NCBI GenBank assembly: GCA_016211105.1
Contig: JACQSX010000050.1
Span: forward strand, 59,347-123,346
Source of the DNA: Acidobacteriota bacterium
GTDB lineage: Bacteria > Acidobacteriota > UBA6911 > JACQSX01
Direction: 5' to 3'
DNA length: 64,000 nt
The translations under genes were made by a program, and so were the position numbers. The notes under the pieces are model-generated. The model was not told the origin of the DNA and did not search any database. It saw only the letters and a program-made list of their open reading frames with translations. Positions 9,684 to 18,583 of this stretch are shown here, piece by piece. Numbering within the stretch: the stretch's first letter is position 1; each line of letters starts with the position of its first letter.

Positions 9684-10718
9684 ATGAAATTCGGAATAAC
9701 TCTTCCGTCTTTTACATGGCCTGGCATGGATTGTCCAATGGCCCGGCGCATCACCGTAGACATGGCCAGACGAGCCGAGGAGCTGGGATTTGACTCTCTT
9801 ACCGTATGGGACCATATGCTGAGCGCCCCAGGACTTTACGGTGGTTCCTGGTTGGATCCCCTGGTCGTGCTCGGAGGTGCGGCGGCGGTAACCAAAACGA
9901 TCCCCATCGGCACACATATCCTGGTGGTCCCCATCCGCCATCCCGTCCTGTTGGCCAAAGAACTGGCGACCATAGATTCCATCTCCGGAGGACGTCTCTT
10001 TCTGGGAGTCGGACCAGGATGGAATGAGCCGGAGTTCACCTCGATGGGCATCGCCATGCGGGAGCGCGGCCGCCGCACCGATGAGATCCTCGACGCCCTT
10101 AGGCTGCTCCTGACTCAAGACAACGTCTCCTTCCATGGCGAGTTCTTTCACTTTGATAACGTCACGATCGAGCCTCGACCCAAGAAATATTTCACCATCT
10201 GGGTAGCCGGGGGCTCGCGTGTTCCCGATCCACTTTCCCCTGACAAACCATACATGGTCAAAACCGTGCTGGAGCGCATCCTCAAACACGCAGATGTATT
10301 TACTTGCCGCGCCTCTGGAAAAACCGAATGGGTTGCGCGCGATTTCGATGCAGTGAAGCAATATCTACAATCCGCGGGACGAGATCCCAACACTCTTGGC
10401 CTGGCTCACGTACAGGCTGGATATCTCGTAGACACGGCTGACCGAGAGAAAGCTCTCTCGCTGCAGCGCAGACCGATGCAGACCATGATGGGCTCTCACC
10501 GAAGTTGGGAACATCTGCAGGAGTGCTACATGGTAGGCACCTTCGATGATATTGTAGCGCGCTTGAAATTTCTGGAGAGCAAGGGTCTAGAACACGTGAC
10601 AATCCACCCTGCGGCGCCCGAAATGGAACAGCTTGATTTGTGGATGAAGAAGATCATCCAACCAAATTTCAGAGGAAGGGATCGGCCTCAGGTGGCTAAT
10701 TATCACACGCGACATTAG
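9684..10718 (+). CDS. luciferase-like monooxygenase (LLM) family flavin/F420-dependent oxidoreductase
   Basis: 344 aa, MKFGITLP start and TIM-barrel LLM-like sequence; adjacent to F0-synthase genes. Confidence 0.75.
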   Translation: MKFGITLPSFTWPGMDCPMARRITVDMARRAEELGFDSLTVWDHMLSAPGLYGGSWLDPLVVLGGAAAVTKTIPIGTHILVVPIRHPVLLAKELATIDSISGGRLFLGVGPGWNEPEFTSMGIAMRERGRRTDEILDALRLLLTQDNVSFHGEFFHFDNVTIEPRPKKYFTIWVAGGSRVPDPLSPDKPYMVKTVLERILKHADVFTCRASGKTEWVARDFDAVKQYLQSAGRDPNTLGLAHVQAGYLVDTADREKALSLQRRPMQTMMGSHRSWEHLQECYMVGTFDDIVARLKFLESKGLEHVTIHPAAPEMEQLDLWMKKIIQPNFRGRDRPQVANYHTRH

Positions 10719-12010
10719 GTTAGTAAGCCGGTGCGGTCCCGCTTCTCTCTCCTGTGAAATCGAAATTCGTTCAGACGAGTGAGATGATGATAGGAACCAA
10801 ACCTCGTGGCGTCTTCCTCTGTCAATCGGTCAAGTGGTTCCGGCGCATCACCGTTTGGGTCATCAAATCGACGGAGCGTCTTGTACAGGGTTGAGCGCTC
10901 TACCGGAGTCCGGCCAGCGTCCCGGATGCAGCGCCGAAGATCGCTCGGCCGAACCATCTGTCCATAACTTGCGCCGGCCGCCGTCGAGATACTCTCATTA
11001 ATCAACGTGCCTCCTAGGTCGTTCGCACCGGCAGCTAAGCAAGCCTGCGAAAGCTTCATTCCTTCCTTTACCCAGGAAACCTGGAGATTGGGAATGTCTC
11101 GGTTGAGTACGAGACGACTGACGGCGTGCATCTTGAGCACTTCCATTCCAGAGGCTCCGGCTCGTACGCCCTTGACCAGACCGTCCCGGTACAAGGGCGC
11201 CTCCCAAGGAACAAAGCTCAGCGGCACAAATTCGGTGAATCCTCCCGTCCGCCGCTGCAAGTTACGAAGTAGAAGAAGGTGTCTGGCGCAATGACGCCCG
11301 GTTTCGAGATGACCATACATGATCGTGGCGGTAGTCGGGATGCCCAGCGAATGCGCAGTGGTGATCACTTCGATCCACTGGGCAGTGTTAATGCGACCGG
11401 GAGAGATCCTGTTGCGGAGCTCGTCGTCAAGAATCTCGGCGGAAGTTCCCGGTAGACTGCCGATTCCGGAAGCTTGTAATTCGGTTAGGTATTCCTTGAT
11501 GCTCATGCCGGAGCATTGCACTCCGTAAAGGACCTCCTCTGGCGAGAACGCGTGAATATGGATTTGAGGAAGTGCCTCTTTGATGGCGCGGCAAAGTCGG
11601 AGGTAGAGGTCTCCTTCCATATCCGGGGGAAGACCTGCCTGGATACAGACCTCCGTCGCCCCATAGCGCTCCGCCTCACGCGCCCGACGAATGATTTCTT
11701 CCTCGGGAAGATAGTATCCCTCCTGGCTGCGATGAGTTCTGCTAAACGCGCAAAAACTGCAGCGTTTAATGCAGACATTGGTGAAATTGATGTTGCGGTT
11801 GACCACATAGGTGACGACGTCTCCCACTTTTTCCCGGCGCAGATGGTCAGCCGCAATCAGAAGGGCGAGAAACTCAGCTCCAGTCACGGAAAATAGCCAT
11901 GTGACTTCTTCTTCCGTCAAATCCCGCTCTTCCAAGGAGCGCTGAAGAATCTGGGCCGCTTCAGAGCTGATTTCGCTCAGGAGCTTTTCAATGCCGATCA
12001 AATCTTTCAC
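10715..12010 (-). CDS. cofH: F0 synthase subunit CofH (radical SAM; 5-amino-6-(D-ribitylamino)uracil-tyrosine 4-hydroxyphenyl transferase)
   Basis: Radical SAM CxxxCxxC motif CIKRCSFCAF; CofH-like length (431 aa); GTG start at 12010, 9 nt after cofG stop. Confidence 0.85.
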   Translation of the reverse strand: MKDLIGIEKLLSEISSEAAQILQRSLEERDLTEEEVTWLFSVTGAEFLALLIAADHLRREKVGDVVTYVVNRNINFTNVCIKRCSFCAFSRTHRSQEGYYLPEEEIIRRAREAERYGATEVCIQAGLPPDMEGDLYLRLCRAIKEALPQIHIHAFSPEEVLYGVQCSGMSIKEYLTELQASGIGSLPGTSAEILDDELRNRISPGRINTAQWIEVITTAHSLGIPTTATIMYGHLETGRHCARHLLLLRNLQRRTGGFTEFVPLSFVPWEAPLYRDGLVKGVRAGASGMEVLKMHAVSRLVLNRDIPNLQVSWVKEGMKLSQACLAAGANDLGGTLINESISTAAGASYGQMVRPSDLRRCIRDAGRTPVERSTLYKTLRRFDDPNGDAPEPLDRLTEEDATRFGSYHHLTRLNEFRFHRREKRDRTGLLT

Positions 12011-12019
12011 TCCTCTGAT

Positions 12020-13144
12020 TCATGTAAAAGCCAGATACCCCTGCGGATCAGCCTCGCAGCGAAGTCGCCGGAGCAGGTGTTCGGGCAGATAGTGATCGTT
12101 CTCCACAATGTACTCGGGATAAACAGGAAAGCGGGCTCGCAGCTCAAATCCCGCGGTGTCCATCTCCCTGCGCATTCGGGCAATGTGCGGCCAGGGCGCT
12201 TCTGGATTGACATAGTCGATGGTCACCGGCGAAATCCCTCCCCAATCGTTGATCCCGGCATTCAGGTAGATCAAGTATGAGTCATTGCCATCATCGGACG
12301 CCAGGTTGGGCGGCACCTGGATATTCATCTCACCGCCGAAAATAATTCTCGCCGTTGCCACCACTTGAAGCATCTCTGCCAGCGAGGCCTCGCGGGCGTG
12401 CTCCATCGGCGTGCCTGGCTTGGCACGGAAATTCTGAATAATCACCTCCTGGATATGACCATATTGCTCTTGAAGATCCCGGATGGCAAGCAATGCCTCT
12501 ACGCGTTCCTCGACCGTCTCGCCGATCCCAATCAAAAGACCGGTCGTAAATGGAATCTTCAGCTCTCCTGCTAAACGAAGCGGCCTCAACCGTACTTCTG
12601 GCCTCTTGCTGGGAGCATACTCGTGAGGCCCACCGGCTTGACTTAAGCGTGCACTGCTGCTCTCCAACATCAGCCCCATCGAGGCGTTGACCTGCTTGAG
12701 ATCTTCGAGTTCGGAGCGACTGAGCGTTCCGGGATTACTATGGGGATAAAGAGCGGTTTCTTGGAGCACTAATGCGCACATATCGCGCAAATATTCCAGA
12801 GTGCTGTCATAACCATGTTCTCGCAGCCAAGATCGTGCTTCAGGATAGCGTTGCTCCGGCCGTTCCCCAAGCACGAACAGCGCTTCACGACAGCCCGACC
12901 TCTCACCCGCTCGCGCGACCGCCAGCACCTCCTCCGCACTCATGTACAGGTGTTCCCCTTGCTGTGGGCTTTGCCTGAAAATACAGTAACCACAAAAGTC
13001 ACGGCACAATCGCGTGAGAGGAATAAACACTTTCGGGGAGAAACTCACCACGCGACCTTTTTTTTTGTCGCGGATCGTACGGGCGGCGGCACACAATTCG
13101 TCCACATTCATGCTCGTATCAATCGCCATGTTGCCGGCTTTCAT
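12020..13144 (-). CDS. cofG: F0 synthase subunit CofG (radical SAM; 7,8-didemethyl-8-hydroxy-5-deazariboflavin synthase)
   Basis: Radical SAM motif CRDFCGYC near N-terminus, 374 aa; immediately upstream of cofH on same strand. Confidence 0.85.
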   Translation of the reverse strand: MKAGNMAIDTSMNVDELCAAARTIRDKKKGRVVSFSPKVFIPLTRLCRDFCGYCIFRQSPQQGEHLYMSAEEVLAVARAGERSGCREALFVLGERPEQRYPEARSWLREHGYDSTLEYLRDMCALVLQETALYPHSNPGTLSRSELEDLKQVNASMGLMLESSSARLSQAGGPHEYAPSKRPEVRLRPLRLAGELKIPFTTGLLIGIGETVEERVEALLAIRDLQEQYGHIQEVIIQNFRAKPGTPMEHAREASLAEMLQVVATARIIFGGEMNIQVPPNLASDDGNDSYLIYLNAGINDWGGISPVTIDYVNPEAPWPHIARMRREMDTAGFELRARFPVYPEYIVENDHYLPEHLLRRLRCEADPQGYLAFT

Positions 13145-13202
13145 GCGTTCTCACCGTTCCTGCTCGGCATGCCCGGAGTGACCAACGACCCAGATATTTA
13201 CG

Positions 13203-13877
13203 TTACTCATGCTCAAGGCCTAGCACTCGGTATCGAGCGAACTTGATTTTGTACCGGCGGTTGATCATGACGGCCAATAGAGTCATTGCTTCAAGCGCGC
13301 GACAGGCGCGCAGCGGGCCAGCATCGATCCAGCGCAGTCCCGGAATTTTAGATACCACTTCGAGCGTATGCTCTTTAGCCTCAACAGAATCGGAAGAAAT
13401 AAAATCGTCGCATTCTAACCCTATATCTCGTTTCACGAGCAAATGCGCCGGCAAAGTCTTAAATGCCGCCACCAAGGGCACACGGTCCGGAAGCCGTCCG
13501 CGAATATATTCCGCTCCTGAGCCTTCACCTAAGTCCAGCAGGCGTGGTCCCTTATCGAAAACCACGGGAACGGTGACGTCAACCAAGATTTGATTCGAGG
13601 AAAACTGGTCGCGATACTGCTGCAAAACCGAATCCACGTGGACGAAAGGCACGGTAAGGAACAACAGATCTGAGTTCGCCACCAAGGTACGATTGTCCAC
13701 TCCTGCAACTCTTTCCTGTCCCAACTGCCGGTTAAGCTCGCCAGCTACCTGCTGTGCTCGTTCCAGCGAGCGGGAGCCCAAAGCTATCTGCAGACCCGCC
13801 GCCGCTAAACGCAGCGCGATGCCTTGTCCCTCCGTCCCGGTCCCGCTGATCATTCCGATCTTACATTCCTGCTTCAT
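13203..13877 (-). CDS. fno: NADPH-dependent F420 reductase (F420:NADP oxidoreductase-like, Rossmann fold)
   Basis: N-terminal Rossmann GxGxxG and GSRS region; ATG at 13877 overlaps upstream stop as ATGA. Confidence 0.7.
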   Translation of the reverse strand: MKQECKIGMISGTGTEGQGIALRLAAAGLQIALGSRSLERAQQVAGELNRQLGQERVAGVDNRTLVANSDLLFLTVPFVHVDSVLQQYRDQFSSNQILVDVTVPVVFDKGPRLLDLGEGSGAEYIRGRLPDRVPLVAAFKTLPAHLLVKRDIGLECDDFISSDSVEAKEHTLEVVSKIPGLRWIDAGPLRACRALEAMTLLAVMINRRYKIKFARYRVLGLEHE

Positions 13878-14539
13878 TCTGCTATTTCGATAAAGTCCAG
13901 ACCCCTGCGTCGATGCCAATCGCTGGGATCCGCCAGATACTCCTTCACCTGAGCTAGCGCTTCAGAAGATAGCAAGCTGAGTGCGCGCCCCGTCTCCAGG
14001 CAGCGAGAGATTCCCACCAAAGAATGCAACTTCACGCCGACACGCGCCAGACTCGCTTCGCCCCCCTGTTCGCGGTCGACCAAAACCAGGCAACGAGAAA
14101 TCATGCATCCCGCTTCTCTGATCGCCTCAATGAATGACAGCTTGCTTCCTCCATCGGTAATCAGATCCTCAAAAAGCAGAACTTCACCTTTTGGCACGCC
14201 TTCCAGACGACTCCCGGTACCGTGTTCCTTTTTTTTCTTGCGCACATACACGAAAGGCTTGTCCAATCTTTCCGCCAACCAAGCGCCAAAAGGGATTCCC
14301 GCAGTTTCGCCACCAGCAATACAGTCGGCAGCGATCTGGCGCTCGTGATACAGGCGTTGAGCAAAGCTAACAATGACACTGCGCGTGCCCGGATAGGAGA
14401 TCAAAAGACGACAGTTAATGTAGAGAGGTGTGAAATTCCCGGAGGACAATTGAAAGGGTTCCGTGCTGCTGACCTGGATCGCCCGATGCTCCCACAACAA
14501 TATTGAGATCAGTTCCCCTATTTTCTGATCCAGTCTCAT
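13874..14539 (-). CDS. pyrE: orotate phosphoribosyltransferase-like (type I PRTase)
   Basis: FQLSSGNFTPLYINCR and PRPP-binding loop LLFEDLITDGGS; internal ATG at 14539 chosen over longer track ORF. Confidence 0.65.
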   Translation of the reverse strand: MRLDQKIGELISILLWEHRAIQVSSTEPFQLSSGNFTPLYINCRLLISYPGTRSVIVSFAQRLYHERQIAADCIAGGETAGIPFGAWLAERLDKPFVYVRKKKKEHGTGSRLEGVPKGEVLLFEDLITDGGSKLSFIEAIREAGCMISRCLVLVDREQGGEASLARVGVKLHSLVGISRCLETGRALSLLSSEALAQVKEYLADPSDWHRRRGLDFIEIAE

Positions 14540-14875
14540 GAGGCTCGCTTGTATCAAAAATCTGATCTGATTTAAAGTGAGTGTAAATTTTACCCCACGG
14601 GCTCCGTAACTCTTTCTTGCATTCCGACCCCTCTGTGTACGGCAAGACTTGGTTGAGAGAAGAAATGCGTTTAAAAATTTTTGGGTGTTCTTTGGCATGT
14701 CGATTGCTATCACCCACTTGAATAGTTGTAGACTCGGGCCCTTCCAGGGACTAGAGGTACAGTCCCCGCAAGAGCCCCTATCGACGAGCGAGGCAGCCTA
14801 CCCCTGGGCAATGCCACAGCGGAGCGCAAACACTCCAAACCGGGATGGCCCTCATCGTCGGCCCGCGGAGGCACC

Positions 14876-15379
14876 ATGAAAGTTCGAGAAATTATGAGCG
14901 TCAATCCAAAGTCCTGCAGACCTGAAACCAACCTAGCCGCAGCAGCGATGATCATGTGGGAGAACGACTGCGGCGTGGTTCCCGTGGTGGACGACAAAGG
15001 GAAAGTAACTGGAATGATAACAGATCGCGATATCTGTATCGCCGTGGCTAGCAAGCACCGGCTGGCCTCAGAAATTCCAGTGAGCGAGCTCATATCGGGA
15101 AGAGTTTATAGTTGCGCGCCCGATGACGATCTGAAGGCCGCGCTCAAGACCATGGAAGAGAAGCGAGTGAGGCGTCTGCCTGTGGTCGACAAGGCGGGCG
15201 TGCTCCAAGGGATTCTCTGTATGAATGATATCGTCCTTCAGGCCGAGGAGATCAGAGGCAAACAGGTCCCAGAGCTTTCCCTCGAGGACGCCATCCGAGT
15301 GCTCAAGGCGATCGACCGGCACAGGATTCTGAAGCCGGAGAAAGAACTCCAGCGGCCCAAGACAGTTGCGGTCGCCTAG
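14876..15379 (+). CDS. CBS domain pair protein
   Basis: Two CBS-like repeats (RLPVVDKAGVLQGILCMNDIV etc.); GGAGG 5 nt upstream of ATG. Confidence 0.8.
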   Translation: MKVREIMSVNPKSCRPETNLAAAAMIMWENDCGVVPVVDDKGKVTGMITDRDICIAVASKHRLASEIPVSELISGRVYSCAPDDDLKAALKTMEEKRVRRLPVVDKAGVLQGILCMNDIVLQAEEIRGKQVPELSLEDAIRVLKAIDRHRILKPEKELQRPKTVAVA

Positions 15380-15758
15380 CCTAACTTCGTCACCAAGCCG
15401 GCAGCCTCAGGACTTGCAAGGATTGTTGCTGACCCTTGAGTCACCAACGGCGCATCCAATTGTATGCAAGTATCCAACTTAGTAAATCTTGCTCTTTGCC
15501 CGCTGTAAATTCTTACCGCAGGAGGCGCACCCAATCGCCTGACGTTCGACCAATTCAATCGAATATCAGCAAAAACCGCCATCGTGCGTTGCTTGATCCC
15601 ATCCGGGAGAAATGTGGCTCGGCAAATGCACAAGGGAGGGGAAAAACCTACCAATTTCTCGACAGCCGGGGGCCACCGCGCCCCCGGCGCAATGATTGGC
15701 AGCGGACAGGTGTTCCGACACGCCAAGCGCAAAGTTACGAGCGTGAGGCCGACTATTT

Positions 15759-16802
15759 TTAACTGCAAACAGACGGTTCATCGGCTGCATCAGGCTGGAC
15801 GACCTGTTTGATCGCTCTCAATGCCGCCAAATGGAGATGGCCGTTGGACGCGATAAGACCTTTATTGCGAGTCAGCGACCGACCGGTGGTAAAATCCAAT
15901 GGGCAGCCTTCCAGATCCGTTAAACGGCCCCCGGCTTCTTCCACAATTAGAGAGCCCGCAGTTTGATCCCAAATCCTTTCATGATAGCCGTTCCTGGTGA
16001 GCCGGAAGAGGAGGTCGGCTGCTCCTGCCGCCAGCACCGCGTACTTGGCCTGACTATCCATGAGTACTAACGGAGGGGCCACTTCCAGGACACGAACCAG
16101 TTCATTGATTTGTCTCACATTCGTATGTTCATCTTCATAGGATCGGAGCAATCGCGCCTGGCTAGGATCACTACAACAAGAGACGTGAAGACGCTGAAAT
16201 TCTGTACGGTTCAACGGAGTACTCCACGTTCCATGATCTCGAACCGCAACCAGCAACGATCCCGAATCCGGGCTGGCTTCTCCGCGACCACTCAGCAGAC
16301 TCGCTCGTCCAGACTCGATCAGCAGCCGAGGACAGCCGAGGATACCAATCTGAACCTGTCCGCTTACCACCAAAGCTAGAGCCACCACGTACTGGTCACC
16401 CCGTAGAAATCCCTTCGTGCCATCGATTGGGTCTAGCGTCCAGAACCGTTCACCTGGTGAACCACGACCGTGGTCGATCCAATCTAAAATGTTTTCCGGT
16501 GTAGCGCTGGGACGAAGGCGGCTTACAAACTGATGAACCATCGCCAGGACCGCACCCGCCTGTGGCGCACGCAGGGGGGAAGAGTCCTCCTCGGCCAACA
16601 GTGGATCGTCCGGGAACGCGGTCGCCAGAAGGTACCCCATCACAGCCTGGACCACATAATCGGCAACCGTTACAGGAGAGCGATCTTCTTTGGCCAACGC
16701 GTCACCATTCATCTCACACTGAATCTGCCGCGCCAGACAGGTGGTTTCCTTCACGGCTTGCAAGGCAAACCGAACTTCAGGGATCCGGAGGTCGAAGGTC
16801 AT
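15759..16802 (-). CDS. 3'(2'),5'-bisphosphate nucleotidase, HAL2/SAL1-like (inositol monophosphatase superfamily)
   Basis: WTLDPIDGTKGF and WDQTAG motifs; ~347 aa (longer than typical bacterial CysQ); last gene of a 5-gene operon. Confidence 0.7.
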   Translation of the reverse strand: MTFDLRIPEVRFALQAVKETTCLARQIQCEMNGDALAKEDRSPVTVADYVVQAVMGYLLATAFPDDPLLAEEDSSPLRAPQAGAVLAMVHQFVSRLRPSATPENILDWIDHGRGSPGERFWTLDPIDGTKGFLRGDQYVVALALVVSGQVQIGILGCPRLLIESGRASLLSGRGEASPDSGSLLVAVRDHGTWSTPLNRTEFQRLHVSCCSDPSQARLLRSYEDEHTNVRQINELVRVLEVAPPLVLMDSQAKYAVLAAGAADLLFRLTRNGYHERIWDQTAGSLIVEEAGGRLTDLEGCPLDFTTGRSLTRNKGLIASNGHLHLAALRAIKQVVQPDAADEPSVCS

Positions 16803-16820
16803 CTTCCCAATCCGATCACC

Positions 16821-18032
16821 TCAGCCAATCTGAAAGAGACCGGCGGTCAGTTCCCGACAGAACACAGGCATTCGAGCCAGTTCCGCGGTTACCAGGTCAT
16901 GCATGACGCCAGAGACATCTGAAAGGCGAACTCCGGAATTGAGGTGCCCTTGCACATAAACGACTTCAGGTTGGTCAACAGGTTTGCCAATCTGGCTACA
17001 CAGCCACACGATAACTTCTTCCAAGCCGCGTATCTCGGTTTGGAGCTTATGAGCCAGTGAATACGCAAGTACATTGTAGATTTTTCCGACGTGACTCATG
17101 GGATTCTTCCCTGCTGCAGCCTCCGATCCCGCGGGACGGTTGAACGAGATCAGGCCATTGACGCGGTTGCCCCTACCCACTTCCCCAGAATCAGCATCCT
17201 CAGCAGAAGTGCCCAAGACAGATGAATAGATTCCAACCAGACCGACTCCAGGCCGATCGATAGGATTGAGCCTCAGCTTCAACTCATCCAGCGCGTCCAG
17301 CCGACTCTGTAAGTAGGCCAGAACCGCTTCATAAATCCTTGCCTTACTTCCGAAATATTTCCTTTCGCTCTCCAGATACCTTTCTATCAAAGGCATCGCG
17401 ACTGTAAGATGCAAACTTCTGCCGGTCCGCACACCCATCACCTTGACATCTTCTCCCGTTTCCGCAAATTGCTTTTTGAAGCTCTCCGAGTTCAAATAGC
17501 GTTCGGTCTCTAATACCAGACGCTCAGTCTCACTTAGAGGAGCATAGCCCACTGCGGCAGAGGTGTCGTTGGCGCCGATCACGCCGTCGGCGCGTCGGTA
17601 CAAGTCCGCCAGCGCTTCCGATCCCGGCTTTAGCTCTACTTCATAATGTAAATGGCGATCGGGATCAACGTGGCGTAGGTTCTTTCGCACCCAGCCCTTG
17701 GCCGCTTCAATCGCGATGCTCTCCACATCTATTTTCTGTTCCGCCCAAAATGAGGTGGCCCGATCCCCAAGGATGAGGCGCATCGGCTCTAAAATGCGGC
17801 CTCCGCCCCATCGATGTTCTGCCCGACCCGCGATCAAAAGCGCTTTATCGCAGTTATAGTGAAGCATACCGCCTGCTTGCTCCAAATAAGCCTTCGATAG
17901 AGCCTGCGATACATTCTCCATAATACCGTCACACACTGTATCGGGATGACCCGTTCCTTTTCGCTCCACAATCTCCACTTCAAGCTCGCTGGTCTTCAGT
18001 CCTTGCGCCTGCTCGATATATATCCGGTTCAT
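16821..18032 (-). CDS. archaeal-type S-adenosylmethionine synthetase (methionine adenosyltransferase, MAT family)
   Basis: ERKGTGHPDTVCDG, GANDTSAAVGYAPLSETERLVLETE, GRGNRVNGLIS, GKNPMSHVGKIYN motifs match the archaeal MAT family rather than bacterial MetK; AAGGA RBS before ATG 18032. Confidence 0.8.
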   Translation of the reverse strand: MNRIYIEQAQGLKTSELEVEIVERKGTGHPDTVCDGIMENVSQALSKAYLEQAGGMLHYNCDKALLIAGRAEHRWGGGRILEPMRLILGDRATSFWAEQKIDVESIAIEAAKGWVRKNLRHVDPDRHLHYEVELKPGSEALADLYRRADGVIGANDTSAAVGYAPLSETERLVLETERYLNSESFKKQFAETGEDVKVMGVRTGRSLHLTVAMPLIERYLESERKYFGSKARIYEAVLAYLQSRLDALDELKLRLNPIDRPGVGLVGIYSSVLGTSAEDADSGEVGRGNRVNGLISFNRPAGSEAAAGKNPMSHVGKIYNVLAYSLAHKLQTEIRGLEEVIVWLCSQIGKPVDQPEVVYVQGHLNSGVRLSDVSGVMHDLVTAELARMPVFCRELTAGLFQIG

Positions 18033-18043
18033 GGCTCTATTCC

Positions 18044-18583
18044 TTAGAGATACCCCTGTTCCCGCAGTTTTTCCACTACCCTGCGAGCGGCCCTGGCCGG
18101 ATCCTCCCACTCTCCGGAAACCACCACTTCAGGATTTTCGGGAGGTTCGTAGGCCGCCTGCAAGCCGGGAATCATCGTTGCCTCCCCCACCTCGGCCTTA
18201 CGGTAAATCCCCTTCGGATCTCTGGCCATACATATGTTCAGAGGGCACTCAACAAAAACTTCGATAAACCTTGTGATGCGCTGCCGGGCGCGATCCCGAT
18301 AGACGCGCCGGTTAGCGGTGGCATCGAAGATCACAGAAATCCCGTGTTTGGTAAGAAGCTCTCCAACATAGGCCATCGCCCCATACAAGATTTCTCTCTC
18401 CCCTTCACTGTAAGTTGGATGAGGGGTAAGGATCTGGCGCAACGCGTCAGATTCTAACACCTCCGGCGCCGTTTCTCTGCAAGATAGCTCCCGGACCAAG
18501 GCCTTGGTGAGTGTAGACTTTCCAGAAGCCGGCAAACCGGTGATCCAGATTGCAAACCCCGGTTCCACGCTTAACTCCCACAA
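18044..18583 (-). CDS. cysC: adenylyl-sulfate (APS) kinase family protein
   Basis: P-loop GLPASGKST and C-terminal FIEVFVECPLNICMARDPKGIYRKA resembling APS kinase. Confidence 0.75.
   Translation of the reverse strand: MWELSVEPGFAIWITGLPASGKSTLTKALVRELSCRETAPEVLESDALRQILTPHPTYSEGEREILYGAMAYVGELLTKHGISVIFDATANRRVYRDRARQRITRFIEVFVECPLNICMARDPKGIYRKAEVGEATMIPGLQAAYEPPENPEVVVSGEWEDPARAARRVVEKLREQGYL

Noticed and set aside
9642-10361. 239-aa minus-strand ORF
   Set aside because: Antisense overlap with the LLM oxidoreductase gene; no domain signature.
12815-13246. 143-aa plus-strand ORF
   Set aside because: Antisense to cofG and the fno-like gene start; no support.
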